A stretch of DNA of 62,954 nt, filler included, from Octopus bimaculoides (GCF_001194135.2; 3 parts of 3 records of this genome joined end to end with filler, not necessarily neighbours in it), one strand, 5' to 3'; shown: positions 14,056 to 25,196, counted from the first letter of the whole stretch. Made by a program: numbers and translations. The notes: generated from the letters alone by a model not told the origin.

Positions 14056-14543
14056 TACACACACACACGTGCCTATGTGTTTATCCATTGCAAGTCTATA
14101 TACGCATACGTGTGCGCGGCGGAATATATGTCTTTAAGTTTGTCAGTCGGCAGAGATGCTATGGCGTTGGACAGAATGCTCCGCAATATTTATTTATTCC
14201 GGCTGCCTGCGCACTGAGTCCAAATTCTGCAGAGACCAGCTTTTGCATTCCGTCTTTTCACGCTCCATAAATGATATATCAACACCATTGTTGGTGCAGT
14301 GCTCTCACCCTCCAGCTGGTACATTTTCAACATTCCGGTGGATCAACGTTGGGATGTCTATGCCTGCTTGCGACTGCACCGGCGCCTAAAACAATTGCGG
14401 AAAACTCCTTGCTTGGGAGTGACGGCTATGATTTCTTTTGGTTTTCTTTAAGGGAAGTGGTGCATGTGATGGAGTCTGTATGAGCACTCATGTTTATAAG
14501 GCTCGCCTTATAACCCCTAAATAATCCCTACACATTTCTTTCG

Positions 14544-14711
14544 GTAAATTTTCAGATTAACACCCGCACGATTTTCACTAGGGTGTTAGGGTGGGAATTC
14601 CGTCCCTAACCCTAACCCTAAAACCCTAACCCTAAAACCCTAACCCTAACCCTAAAACCCTAACCGTAACACCCTAGTGAAAATCGTGCGGGTGTTAATC
14701 TGAAAATTTAC
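14544..14711. repeat. 45-bp perfect inverted repeat enclosing (CCCTAA/CCCTAAAA)n telomere-like repeats
   Basis: 14544-14588 is the exact reverse complement of 14667-14711; CCCTAA units occupy 14604-14666. Confidence 0.95.
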
Positions 14712-15984
14712 TTTTCTTTCTCCTTCCGATTTTTTCCGTTTTCTCTCCATTTTTCTCCCTCTCNNNNNNNNNNNNNNNNNNNNNNNNNNNNNNNNNNNNN
14801 NNNNNNNNNNNNNNNNNNNNNNNNNNNNNNNNNNNNNNNNNNNNNNNNNNNNNNNNNNNNNNNNNNNNNNNNNNNNNNNNNNNNNNNNNNNNNNNNNNNN
14901 NNNNNNNNNNNNNNNNNNNNNNNNNNNNNNNNNNNNNNNNNNNNNNNNNNNNNNNNNNNNNNNNNNNNNNNNNNNNNNNNNNNNNNNNNNNNNNNNNNNN
15001 NNNNNNNNNNNNNNNNNNNNNNNNNNNNNNNNNNNNNNNNNNNNNNNNNNNNNNNNNNNNNNNNNNNNNNNNNNNNNNNNNNNNNNNNNNNNNNNNNNNN
15101 NNNNNNNNNNNNNNNNNNNNNNNNNNNNNNNNNNNNNNNNNNNNNNNNNNNNNNNNNNNNNNNNNNNNNNNNNNNNNNNNNNNNNNNNNNNNNNNNNNNN
15201 NNNNNNNNNNNNNNNNNNNNNNNNNNNNNNNNNNNNNNNNNNNNNNNNNNNNNNNNNNNNNNNNNNNNNNNNNNNNNNNNNNNNNNNNNNNNNNNNNNNN
15301 NNNNNNNNNNNNNNNNNNNNNNNNNNNNNNNNNNNNNNNNNNNNNNNNNNNNNNNNNNNNNNNNNNNNNNNNNNNNNNNNNNNNNNNNNNNNNNNNNNNN
15401 NNNNNNNNNNNNNNNNNNNNNNNNNNNNNNNNNNNNNNNNNNNNNNNNNNNNNNNNNNNNNNNNNNNNNNNNNNNNNNNNNNNNNNNNNNNNNNNGTGTG
15501 TATGTGTGTGTAAGTGAGAGAGATTTTATGTGTTTGTGTGAGTGTGGAGGAAACGGAGAAGCAGAGAAGAGACAGGCAGACATAGTGTGTGTGTGTGTCT
15601 GTCTGTGTGTGTGTGTGTGTGTTTGTGTGTGCGCAAGAAAGTCTGTGCATGTGCCTCTGTGTTGAACAGAGGGACAGGAAGAGAAACTGTGTATCTATGC
15701 GTATGCATGTATGTATATGTGAGTGTTCTGTGTGTAAATGGTGAATATATTTATGTGTGTATGTGTCCATAAATATGTTTGTATTTATATATATGTGTGT
15801 GTGCATGTACTAGCGTTCATATACACATAATTTTTCACGTCTGGCCACATAGCCTTTTCCGTTTGTTTTCCTGTCTTGTTTTTTGTCCGCCACTACATTC
15901 CTCCATGGCACAGGTTTAATTTGTGTATACAAATTTAATTTGCGGACCATGGGAAGAGCCGTTTTAACAATGCGTCCTGCCCAA

Positions 15985-16212
15985 CTCTTCGAAACGCCGG
16001 TGTTAAAAGGGGGTAGCTGATGAAGGAAAATGTTCTCTATGTGGCTTGTGTGTTTTCTGTACTCTGGTTATTATTATTTTCTTGTCTACGTTTTGTTTGC
16101 AATGTCCTGTACCCAGATATGCACCTATATATACAGGTAGACGTAGGTATGCACATACCTGTACGTATATATGCATATACTCATTTATTATTTGTTTTTA
16201 TATATGTATATA
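15985..16212 (+). repeat. Dispersed ~230-bp repeat, copy 1 (CTTCGAAACGCC...GCTGATGAAGG; possibly Penelope-derived)
   Basis: Colinear, clearly homologous copy in opposite orientation at 21761-21982; both end in a TA-rich tract next to a gap. Confidence 0.8.
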
Positions 16213-16473
16213 NNNNNNNNNNNNNNNNNNNNNNNNNNNNNNNNNNNNNNNNNNNNNNNNNNNNNNNNNNNNNNNNNNNNNNNNNNNNNNNNNNNNNNNN
16301 NNNNNNNNNNNNNNNNNNNNNNNNNNNNNNNNNNNNNNNNNNNNNNNNNNNNNNNNNNNNNNNNNNNNNNNNNNNNNNNNNNNNNNNNNNNNNNNNNNNN
16401 NNNNNNNNNNNNNNNNNNNNNNNNNNNNNNNNNNNNNNNNNNNNNNNNNNNNNNNNNNNNNNNNNNNNNNNNN

Positions 16474-16827
16474 GACCCCAGTGTTCAACTGGTACTTATT
16501 TTATCAAACCTGAAAAGATGAAAGACAAAGTCGACTTTTGCGGACGAAATCCCCCTAAGCATTTTGCCCGGCGAGTTAACGATTCTGCCAAGTTCGCCGC
16601 CTTTATATATTTTGAATGTAATTTGGGTTTCAAATTTTCACACAAGGTTGGGGAGAAGTCGATTACATGGACCTCAGTACTCAATTGCTATTTGTTTTTT
16701 TATTGACCCCGAAGGAATGAAAGGTAAAGTCGACATCGGCGGAATTTGAACTCAGAGCGTAAAGACAGACGAAATAACGCTAAGCATTTTTCCCCGGCGT
16801 GCTAACGATTCCGCCAGCTCGCTGCCT
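16474..16827 (-). mobile_element. Two adjacent SINE family A copies (16474-16602, 16629-16827)
   Basis: Reverse-complement matches to family A. Confidence 0.8.
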
Positions 16828-17278
16828 GATTATCGAATGTAATAATGTCAGGTGAAGAACATCAGCTAAAGTCTCTATGCTTTGGAAGTGTCATAGAAAG
16901 AACTCTCTTCTCGCTAGCTCAATCTTTTTGCTTACAGACAAGTACTACAATCAGTAGAACTACTGATTAATCAACTAATCCTTATTCAATTTAGTGCACA
17001 TTATCAATTTTTTCTATAATATTTTTGCATGGCAATTGTGAACTATGGCGTCGTTACTTACAGGTTCCCAATGGATCACTTATTGTCTCACTGGAGTTCC
17101 GCCAGCGATAATTATCAAGTGTCTGAAACTCGGTGTAGAACTATTGTCTCAAGTGATTTAGTTTGAAAGCATTAATTAATTTATTAGTTGTTCTTTCCAA
17201 ACTTTATATTCTTGCCGATATACTTTACATAACATATGTGCGTGTGTGTGTGTATGTACGCACGTATCCATTTCCAAG

Positions 17279-17313
<35 letters not shown>

Positions 17314-18454
17314 CTGTGTGTGTATGTGTGTGTATCTGTGTGTATGTATGTATGTATGTATGTATGCATGTATGTATGCATGTATGTATATATGTATGCA
17401 TGTATGTATGTATATCCGCGGCAACTCCAGATCATCACCGTCATTCAGGCTCATCACAGATTTCGCTCGAAGAATTTCAGGTTTCCCTGCTTTGTTTCTA
17501 GCTCCAAATGGCTTATTTTTTTTATATCTAGCACTATGTCTTTCTCCATTTCTAAGTTAAGGCTAAAAATAAAGTAACCCTGCAAAACACAACTGATCTT
17601 TTCACACAGACACGCAGAATAACAGCAATCAAATAACGACAGCGGAGTGCACAACAAACATCAGCGATCTGAATGTCGCCTGTACTCTTGACAGGAGATG
17701 CCAGTTAGTCTTTTACACTTACCAGGCTCGTTCATATTAGCCCGGGTTGCTGGATAATTTTTTGTTCCTTTAAGAATATTGTAGAACGGAAACTTTTCAT
17801 AGATTGGAATTTAGATCCTAATCTCTATAGAAATTTATTGTTTCAAGAAAACATTGAGCTTGGATTACTTTTATCGGGCTGTAAGTTGTGAGCCTGAGTC
17901 AGGCGCATGTGAACGATGTCGAGAGAACGTCTGCTACAAATGATATTTTTTGACATAGGGCACCTCTAATACGACCGCCAGACGCTGAACGAAAATAAAT
18001 GAACTGCAACTAGGTTCAATAAAAGGAGCTCGAGTTATTGAAGATCTCANNNNNNNNNNNNNNNNNNNNNNNNNNNNNNNNNNNNNNNNNNNNNNNNNNN
18101 NNNNNNNNNNNNNNNNNNNNNNNNNNNNNNNNNNNNNNNNNNNNNNNNNNNNNNNNNNNNNNNNNNNNNNNNNNNNNNNNNNNNNNNNNNNNNNNNNNNN
18201 NNNNNNNNNNNNNNNNNNNNNNNNNNNNNNNNNNNNNNNNNNNNNNNNNNNNNNNNNNNNNNNNNNNNNNNNNNNNNNNNNNNNNNNNNNNNNNNNNNNN
18301 NNNNNNNNNNNNNNNNNNNNNNNNNNNNNNNNNNNNNNNNNNNNNNNNNNNNNNNNNNNNNNNNNNNNNNNNNNNNNNNNNNNNNNNNNNNNNNNNNNNN
18401 NNNNNNNNNNNNNNNNNNNNNNNNNNNNNNNNNNNNNNNNNNNNNNNNNNNNNN

Positions 18455-18480
<26 letters not shown>

Positions 18481-18485
<5 letters not shown>

Positions 18486-19752
18486 GTCTTTACAATTATC
18501 TTTACAATTATCTTTACAAGTATCTTTACACGTTCAAAAATTTATTACAAAAGCAAATAAATACATAAATTTGTGGAAATTATTACAAAATGAGAAGTAG
18601 ATAAAGAAGGTTTGTTGCCTCATTTAATACATCTCTATATGGAGACCATTGGTTGCGCGAAACACATCAAGACGGTAATCAATTTCTTGCTATGTTCGCT
18701 GTAGCATAGCCTTATCAATGGTGACAAAGGCATCAGTGATCCTTTGCTTCAGGTCGTTGATGTCCCGTATCTTTGTTCGCTACACGATGTCTTTAACATA
18801 ACCCTATAGAAAAAAGTCCAGAGGAGTGATATCCGAAGAACGAGGTGGCCAAGGAATTGTGCCGTCCCTTCCAATCCACCGGTCTGGAAATGTTCGATTT
18901 AGGAACCTACGAACATGTGCAGTCCCGAATGTGGTGGTGCACCATCCTGCTGGAAAATGATAGTTGGATGAAGGTCATCCAGTTATGGTGCCACATTTTC
19001 AGTCAAAAGGTCAAGGTAAACATTTGCAGTAATTGATGTCTCGTTGAAGAAAAATGGACCAATGATTCGATTGCACATCATCTCACTCCTAGTCATGTGG
19101 AGTGTTCTGATCCTCAGATCCCCACATTATGCGTGTTCAATTTCCCTGAAACACGAAAGGTTGCCTCATCACTAAAATAAAAGCGGGTGAGGAACACTGA
19201 ATTCACAGAAATTTGTTCCAGAATGTTAACTGCAAACTCTTTTCGTTTTGGTTTATCATTTGGTTCGAGTACCTGTAAGAGTTGCACTTTGTAAGAGTAC
19301 AATCGCCAGTTCTTGTATACGACTTTGTACACTGTTAAAGGTGCTAACTGTAACCGTCTGGCAGCAGTACGTATGGACTTTGTAGGAGAACTAGCAAAGG
19401 CTTGTCTTACACGATCGATATTTTCCTCAGATAATTTTGTTCGTGCACTCCTCTCTTTATCCAACACTGTTCCTGTTTCCATAAATTTCTTGTGCTATGC
19501 ACGAATTGACGGACGCAACGGCGGATGTCATCCATAGTTAATCCAGTAGTTTCGCTGGGTCTGCGTGTCCGATTTTATTTCAATAAACCATGATACACGT
19601 TGTGTCTTCTCTTTTGGGATGGGTTTCTATCAACAGGGTATCTGAAAAACACAAATGATAACCACTGAGTAGATAGAACAAACCTGATAAGCATATCCCG
19701 TCAATTACATTTGTAATGAAATTTTGAAATTGTAAATAAACTTTATGGACAT
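18481..19752 (-). mobile_element. Decayed Tc1/mariner DNA transposon, DD41D (rosa-type) transposase
   Basis: Minus-strand transposase: HTH region, FSDEATFRVSGKLNTHN (D1), QQDGAPPH (D2), WPPRSSDITPLDFF (D3, 41 residues after D2 once a 2-nt insertion is corrected), ending ...NGLHIEMY*. Several stops and a frameshift. Degenerate TIR-like ends at about 18481-18550 and 19710-19752. Confidence 0.88.
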
Positions 19753-21760
19753 ATATGTATATATATGCGAGTCAATAGACAAGCAAAAGAAGCCCTCAAC
19801 AAATTTTATAGGAGTCACATCTATTATTATTTAAAACAGTTTGATTCAGTTTGAATTAATCATGTATAATATCGTAGCTTCGAGATTTCAGGGACGTGTG
19901 CGGTACGTGTGAGGGGCCGAATCTGGCCGGTTTGAACATTAAAACACATAGAATATTTGGGTCTGATATCGCCAGTTTAAATGCTAAACGCTTAAAGATG
20001 TCTGGCTCGGAGATTTAGAGATTTCTGGGGACAAATTAAGGGTTACTTGAAGGAAACTATGGAATATTGGGTAGTAAAAACAGTAGGACCGGACAAAATA
20101 CTTTGTGGCGTTGGATACCTTTGCATTAAGTTTAAAAGTTATTTCGATTTCCTGGGTCTGTTTAATCAGACATAACTTCTCCATAAGTCAGTGGTCATGT
20201 ATAAATACTAGAAAGAAGTCGATGAACGATCAAATCGAAAGAAGGAGCGCCAGACAATATCTGGTGGCATTTAGTGCAAATTTGAAGTTGTAAGTTCAAG
20301 TCTCTCTTGGGTTTACTTTTCTTTTTCGTCTTTCCAAAGTCGATTAAATAAAAACCCATCATATTCTGGGGTTGGTTTACTCAACTTCAGTGTTTGTCTT
20401 CTACAATATGTTGCCTTGAAGTCTCTGTCAGCAATCAAGAGGAATTAATTACCAGAAAATTAGGCAACCCAAATTAGATAATTAGACTAGTTAGAGAGCT
20501 GGAGTGGGTGGCAGGGCAGCGAATTAAATTCTCTATCTCTATGATTTGAGTTCAAACCATACGCAGATTTCATATTCACTGTGATTCATTCAATTAAAGT
20601 AATTTTAAGATAAAAACAACAAGTGCGCGTGTGCTGTATGGTTGACAGGATCTTTTCATAGAAGTGTTTGAATGACAAAACAAAGAGAAAGAGAGAGAGT
20701 GGGCTGGGAGAGGGGAGGGAGGGAGAGAAGAAGGGGGTTTTCTCTACCGCCACCACTTTCACTAGCAACAGGGCGTTAGCTTTAAGATTGACAGATTAGG
20801 AAAAAGAGGGAGAGAGGATGTCTGGCAGACGCACGTGTGTAGTGCAGGGTAGGTACAATTACGTCGGTAATCTGATTAGAAGCGTGGGTAGCAAAAGCAT
20901 TGTGATAATAATGGAAGCGGGTTAAGACATGCGTCTGTATGTGTGTGCGTGTGTGGGAGTGGGGTGCGGAGGGGATCGAGGTGGCGGGGGTTGCTTATTG
21001 TCAAAGATATTATATTACAAAATTGTAATGTTCGTTGATTTAAAGGGAATTATATTTTAATGTTGTACACAAGAAGTACACGAAAAGAAAAAAATAAAGA
21101 CAGAAAATTCTAAGACGAGATATTGTGATAATGATTCAAATATTTTTTTTCTTACAATATGTTTAGAAAGAAAATTTCACCCGGAAATCATCTGTGCAAA
21201 TAGATACTNNNNNNNNNNNNNNNNNNNNNNNNNNNNNNNNNNNNNNNNNNNNNNNNNNNNNNNNNNNNNNNNNNNNNNNNNNNNNNNNNNNNNNNNNNNN
21301 NNNNNNNNNNNNNNNNNNNNNNNNNNNNNNNNNNNNNNNNNNNNNNNNNNNNNNNNNNNNNNNNNNNNNNNNNNNNNNNNNNNNNNNNNNNNNNNNNNNN
21401 NNNNNNNNNNNNNNNNNNNNNNNNNNNNNNNNNNNNNNNNNNNNNNNNNNNNNNNNNNNNNNNNNNNNNNNNNNNNNNNNNNNNNNNNNNNNNNNNNNNN
21501 NNNNNNNNNNNNNNNNNNNNNNNNNNNNNNNNNNNNNNNNNNNNNNNNNNNNNNNNNNNNNNNNNNNNNNNNNNNNNNNNNNNNNNNNNNNNNNNNNNNN
21601 NNNNNNNNNNNNNNNNNNNNNNNNNNNNNNNNNNNNNNNNNNNNNNNNNNNNNNNNNNNNNNNNNNNNNNNNNNNNNNNNNNNNNNNNNNNNNNNNNNNN
21701 NNNNNNNNNNNNNNNNNNNNNNNNNNNNNNNNNNNNNNNNNNNNNNNNNNNNNNNNNNNT

Positions 21761-21982
21761 ATATATATACATATATATAAATAATATATGAGTATATGCA
21801 TATATATGTACATCTATGTACATACCTTCATCTACATGTATATATATAGATGCATATCTGGGTACATGACGTTGCAAAAAAACATGGACAAAATAATAAA
21901 CAAGGTACAGAAAACATACCGGCCACATAGAGAACATTTCCTTCATCAGCTGCTACCATTATAACACTGGCGTTTCGAAGAG
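21761..21982 (-). repeat. Dispersed ~230-bp repeat, copy 2
   Basis: Reverse-complement match to 15985-16212. Confidence 0.8.
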
Positions 21983-22629
21983 ACACATACACACACACAG
22001 TATCTTTCAACAAACTTCGATGTGTATTTGTATATATTCTTTTGTGGCCCATTTAATGTGTACATATACTTTTATCGCATAGTTCAGAGGTAGCACTAAC
22101 GAAGTGACCTTCGAATCCAGTTCTCTTTAGAGGCAAAAATACACATCAAGTTTACTGTCTTCCAAGGAAATCTGGTTGGAGATAGATTTTTAACCAAAAA
22201 AAAATGAATAGACATAGTATTTTAAATATATATCATACATAAGTATTGCAAATGAGTATTTTTCCTACATGAAAATGTAACATGTTCTCAATGGAAACTC
22301 ATTTATATTAACAATAGGAAACATTTAGGCAGTGAACGTAGATTGAATAAAATTTGTTTATTGCGATATATGTATATTTCGCCATAACTCTTTTATATAT
22401 ATTGGGCATGTCGTAATGATATTTAATATTATACGTGCATGGAGTGTATGCTACATTGATTATTCATAAAAAATACTGCAGTAATCGTAACTTAGCTTGG
22501 CAACATATATTGTGTAGTAATAAATCTATATAAAATACATGGAATGTGCGTTATTTCAAGGCATTTAATAAATAGCAGTCTCTGCTTATTTCTTTTGAAA
22601 CGCCGTCACCTTTTTACTGCAGGAGTATA

Positions 22630-22691
<62 letters not shown>

Positions 22692-22804
22692 TGCATGTAT
22701 GCGTGTGTGTGTGCGTGCGTGTGCGCGGGTGCATGTGAAGGAGAAAGATAGTGGTTGTAGTTTCCTCCTGACTCTTCTGAAGACTTCTGTTTTAGTTTCT
22801 ATAC

Positions 22805-22945
22805 CTTGGGTATTCTCGTGGTGGTGGTAGCCAGATTTGGTTCGAGGTTTTGTGGACCACACTAGGCTAGAAATACTGTTTTCAGTAACTTTTCGCCTTA
22901 TCTCTGGAGGCTTCCCACCTGGCGTTTGCCACTGGAATGCCGTCC
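22805..22945 (-). CDS. Candidate 141-nt exon (TAFQWQTPGGKPPEIRRKVTENSISSLVWSTKPRTKSGYHHHENTQ)
   Basis: ttttag| acceptor, AAG|GTATAG donor, open phase 1-1; compatible with a 51-nt exon-like segment at 23064-23114. Confidence 0.3.
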
Positions 22946-23224
22946 CTAAAACTCATGCCTCAATCCGATATTGGTACTGATCTCCCGCTACCCTCCAAAA
23001 TATAATGATACCCAGCAGAACAATATGGCCAACAGTCGTCATTTTTACATAAGTACCACTTACTTGAGAGAGCGCGAGACTTTGTGGTAAGGCATACATG
23101 ATTTCTCGACCTTCCTGGAAATAGTAGCAAGATCTCACTCAAATCACACCTTATCATCTTAAAAGTAATGACATATTGGATAATAAATACTGTCCAAGGG
23201 ACACCATGACTTCGAGCTTGAAGA

Positions 23225-23525
23225 GCAATTTAAGCAGCAATTTAAGCCGTTTTCCGGTCTCGAGCATGTCCCTAGCGTTTCATGCTCCCTGCCTTGTGGT
23301 TGTTTCTGGTGGGAGAAGGTTGTTCCATATCGTAGCTTCCATTCGGCTTTTATTACGTACCTCCTCTTACCAGACCCGGTTTCGTATGTTGCATTGTTGG
23401 CGTTTCAGTAGCAATATAGAAAATTGATAGTGCAGGACTGCTAACCCTATGCCTACATCCTCCGTCTTTATCTCACCCGAGCTTGGGTCTGGCTATGCCG
23501 AAGCCTGGACAGATGGGTACGTTTG
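23225..23525 (-). mobile_element. RTE-clade LINE 5' fragment (5' UTR and start of the APE endonuclease)
   Basis: Minus strand has gccagacccaagctcgggtgagataaagacggaggatg (RTE 5' UTR-like) and a degenerate G.WN.R.M.ETGK motif. Confidence 0.6.
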
Positions 23526-23529
23526 TTAA

Positions 23530-23935
23530 ACGTAACGAATCACTAAAGTCTCCATCGACAAAAGCCAGACGTTTGTGAAAAAATGTCTCCGGAACATCCT
23601 TCAGATGAGATGGCAAGACAGACTCACAAAGAACTGCAAGAAAAGGTGAACCAGCAACCTATCGAAACCCAGGTGAAGAAGAGGAAATGGGATTGGCTGG
23701 GACATATCCAGCGGAAACCTGTTCCCAACATTACAAGGCAAGCCTTCAGAAAGATACCCCTACAGAGACGAAAGTGTAGCGGACCAAAACTAACATGGGC
23801 ATAGTCTACAGAAACTGAAGTACTAGCAGGTGGCTGCACCTGGGGACGACTGCAATGCATTGCCAAAGATTGAGACAGATGGAGATCTCTTGTTGGCGCC
23901 CTTTGCTCCACATAGAGTCAAAGGAATTAATATAT
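23530..23935 (+). mobile_element. RTE-clade LINE 3' fragment (ORF C-terminus and 3' end)
   Basis: (W)RITKVSIDKSQTFVKKCLRNILQMRW...QPIETQVKKRKWDWLGHIQRKPVPNITRQA...RWRSLVGALCST, typical of the RTE C-terminus; frameshifted. Confidence 0.85.
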
Positions 23936-24216
23936 ATTATGATTGGACGGAATATTTTTGGTTATAGGGTTGCTGGCACAGGATTTGACCTGGGGCTAAA
24001 TAACAACACTAATAGAAACAAATGGACGATGACAGAAAGACGGAATTGAAGAGGTAGGAAGGAAGGAAGGAAGGAAGGAAGGAAGAGAAGGGGTGCTGTA
24101 AGAGGTAAACAAATGAAAGAATAAACGAATAAAGAAATATATTTTAAAGGATCGAAAAAGCAAACATCAGTCACTACGTTTTTATCATTCTCTCTCTATT
24201 TATTTCCTCTTATTCA

Positions 24217-24345
24217 TTTCTGTCGAAGAGCGTTGGCTCGAAACGTAAAAGACTTTTCCGTTTTTCCCGAGCATCAAACTAATACACTTGCTTGTTGTTC
24301 CTACACCTGTTTTCGTCCTTGTTTTTTTCTATAAATTTGAACTAA
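24217..24345 (+). mobile_element. Penelope-like terminal repeat fragment with a minimal hammerhead-like motif
   Basis: TTT-CTGTCGA-A-GAGC(GTTG)GCTC-GAAAC-GTA-AAAGA at 24217-24252; a homologous motif lies on the minus strand at 52343-52367. Confidence 0.5.
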
Positions 24346-24500
24346 GAAAAGTGAACGTAATGAATAAAGAAAATAAAGAACAAACGAATGATTGAATGAA
24401 ATGAGTGAAAGAAGGGAGGAAGAAAAAGAATGTGGAGAGTGATGAGGGAGAAACAGNNNNNNNNNNNNNNNNNNNNNNNNNNNNNNNNNNNNNNNNNNNN

Positions 24501-24512
24501 TTAATTAATTAA
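24501..24512. other. TTAATTAATTAA six-frame-stop linker inside an N gap (assembly join)
   Basis: Exact 12-mer with Ns on both sides; identical structure at 49703. Confidence 0.9.
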
Positions 24513-24556
24513 NNNNNNNNNNNNNNNNNNNNNNNNNNNNNNNNNNNNNNNNNNNN

Positions 24557-24799
24557 TGAAAGCTCTGACGAGCTTTCCGATACGTCTCCAAATATTTCAT
24601 ACATCCTGCTGTGCGCTTTGGTAACGGGGGAATTACAAATTCCTTTTTCGGGGGAATCTACTGGTTTTTCACTTGTAGTTGGCTCCTCGCCAGACAACAA
24701 GAAATTTTTCGTCTCACTAGACATTTCTGTGCCAACGTTAGGCCTTTCTCTAGACTTCATTCTTCCACCGCAACGGGGGAATGAACAAACGTGTGCTTT
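24557..24799 (-). CDS. Candidate coding exon of an unknown gene (KAHVCSFPRCGGRMKSRERPN...FGDVSESSSELS), truncated by a gap
   Basis: 81 open codons of non-repetitive composition starting right after tgcttgtag|; no family recognised. Confidence 0.4.
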
Positions 24800-25164
24800 C
24801 TACAAGCACTTAGTGTTTTCAAATAAAAACTCCAGCAGTTAGAATTTTAACAGAAATTGCAGTTAATAAAAGAGTAGTTATTATAAATAATAACACTAAT
24901 AACCAGCAATTTTCACCACGAACACATGTACGACGCGAAACCAACAAACTCCCAGAGATGAAATACCACTAAGCATTTTCGCCCGGCTTGCTAAAAATCT
25001 TCAGCCAGCTAGTCATGCTACTCCAGGCTAATGACTAGCAAAAACTCAGAAACATGTCCCTGGATGCGGGCTTGGCTGGGTGGAGGTGCTTGTCTCCCCC
25101 TTGTAAACATAAGGACACAGGAAATGTGTCAAGGCTGACAGGAAGGGGTGCTGCTTCCTAGGGC

Positions 25165-25196
<32 letters not shown>

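Noticed and set aside
15985-16030. Type II hammerhead fold in CTTCGAAACGCCGGTGTT...CTGATGAAGG
   Set aside because: Stems II and III can be drawn but stem I cannot pair in either copy, so it is not supported as a ribozyme.
17880-17943. EGF-like peptide SCEPESGACERCRENVC on plus
   Set aside because: Ends in a stop, with no convincing splice sites or neighbouring EGF exons; likely chance.
24501-24512. TTAATTAATTAA palindrome (also at 49703) as a regulatory or homeodomain site
   Set aside because: Embedded in Ns; a standard six-frame-stop assembly linker.
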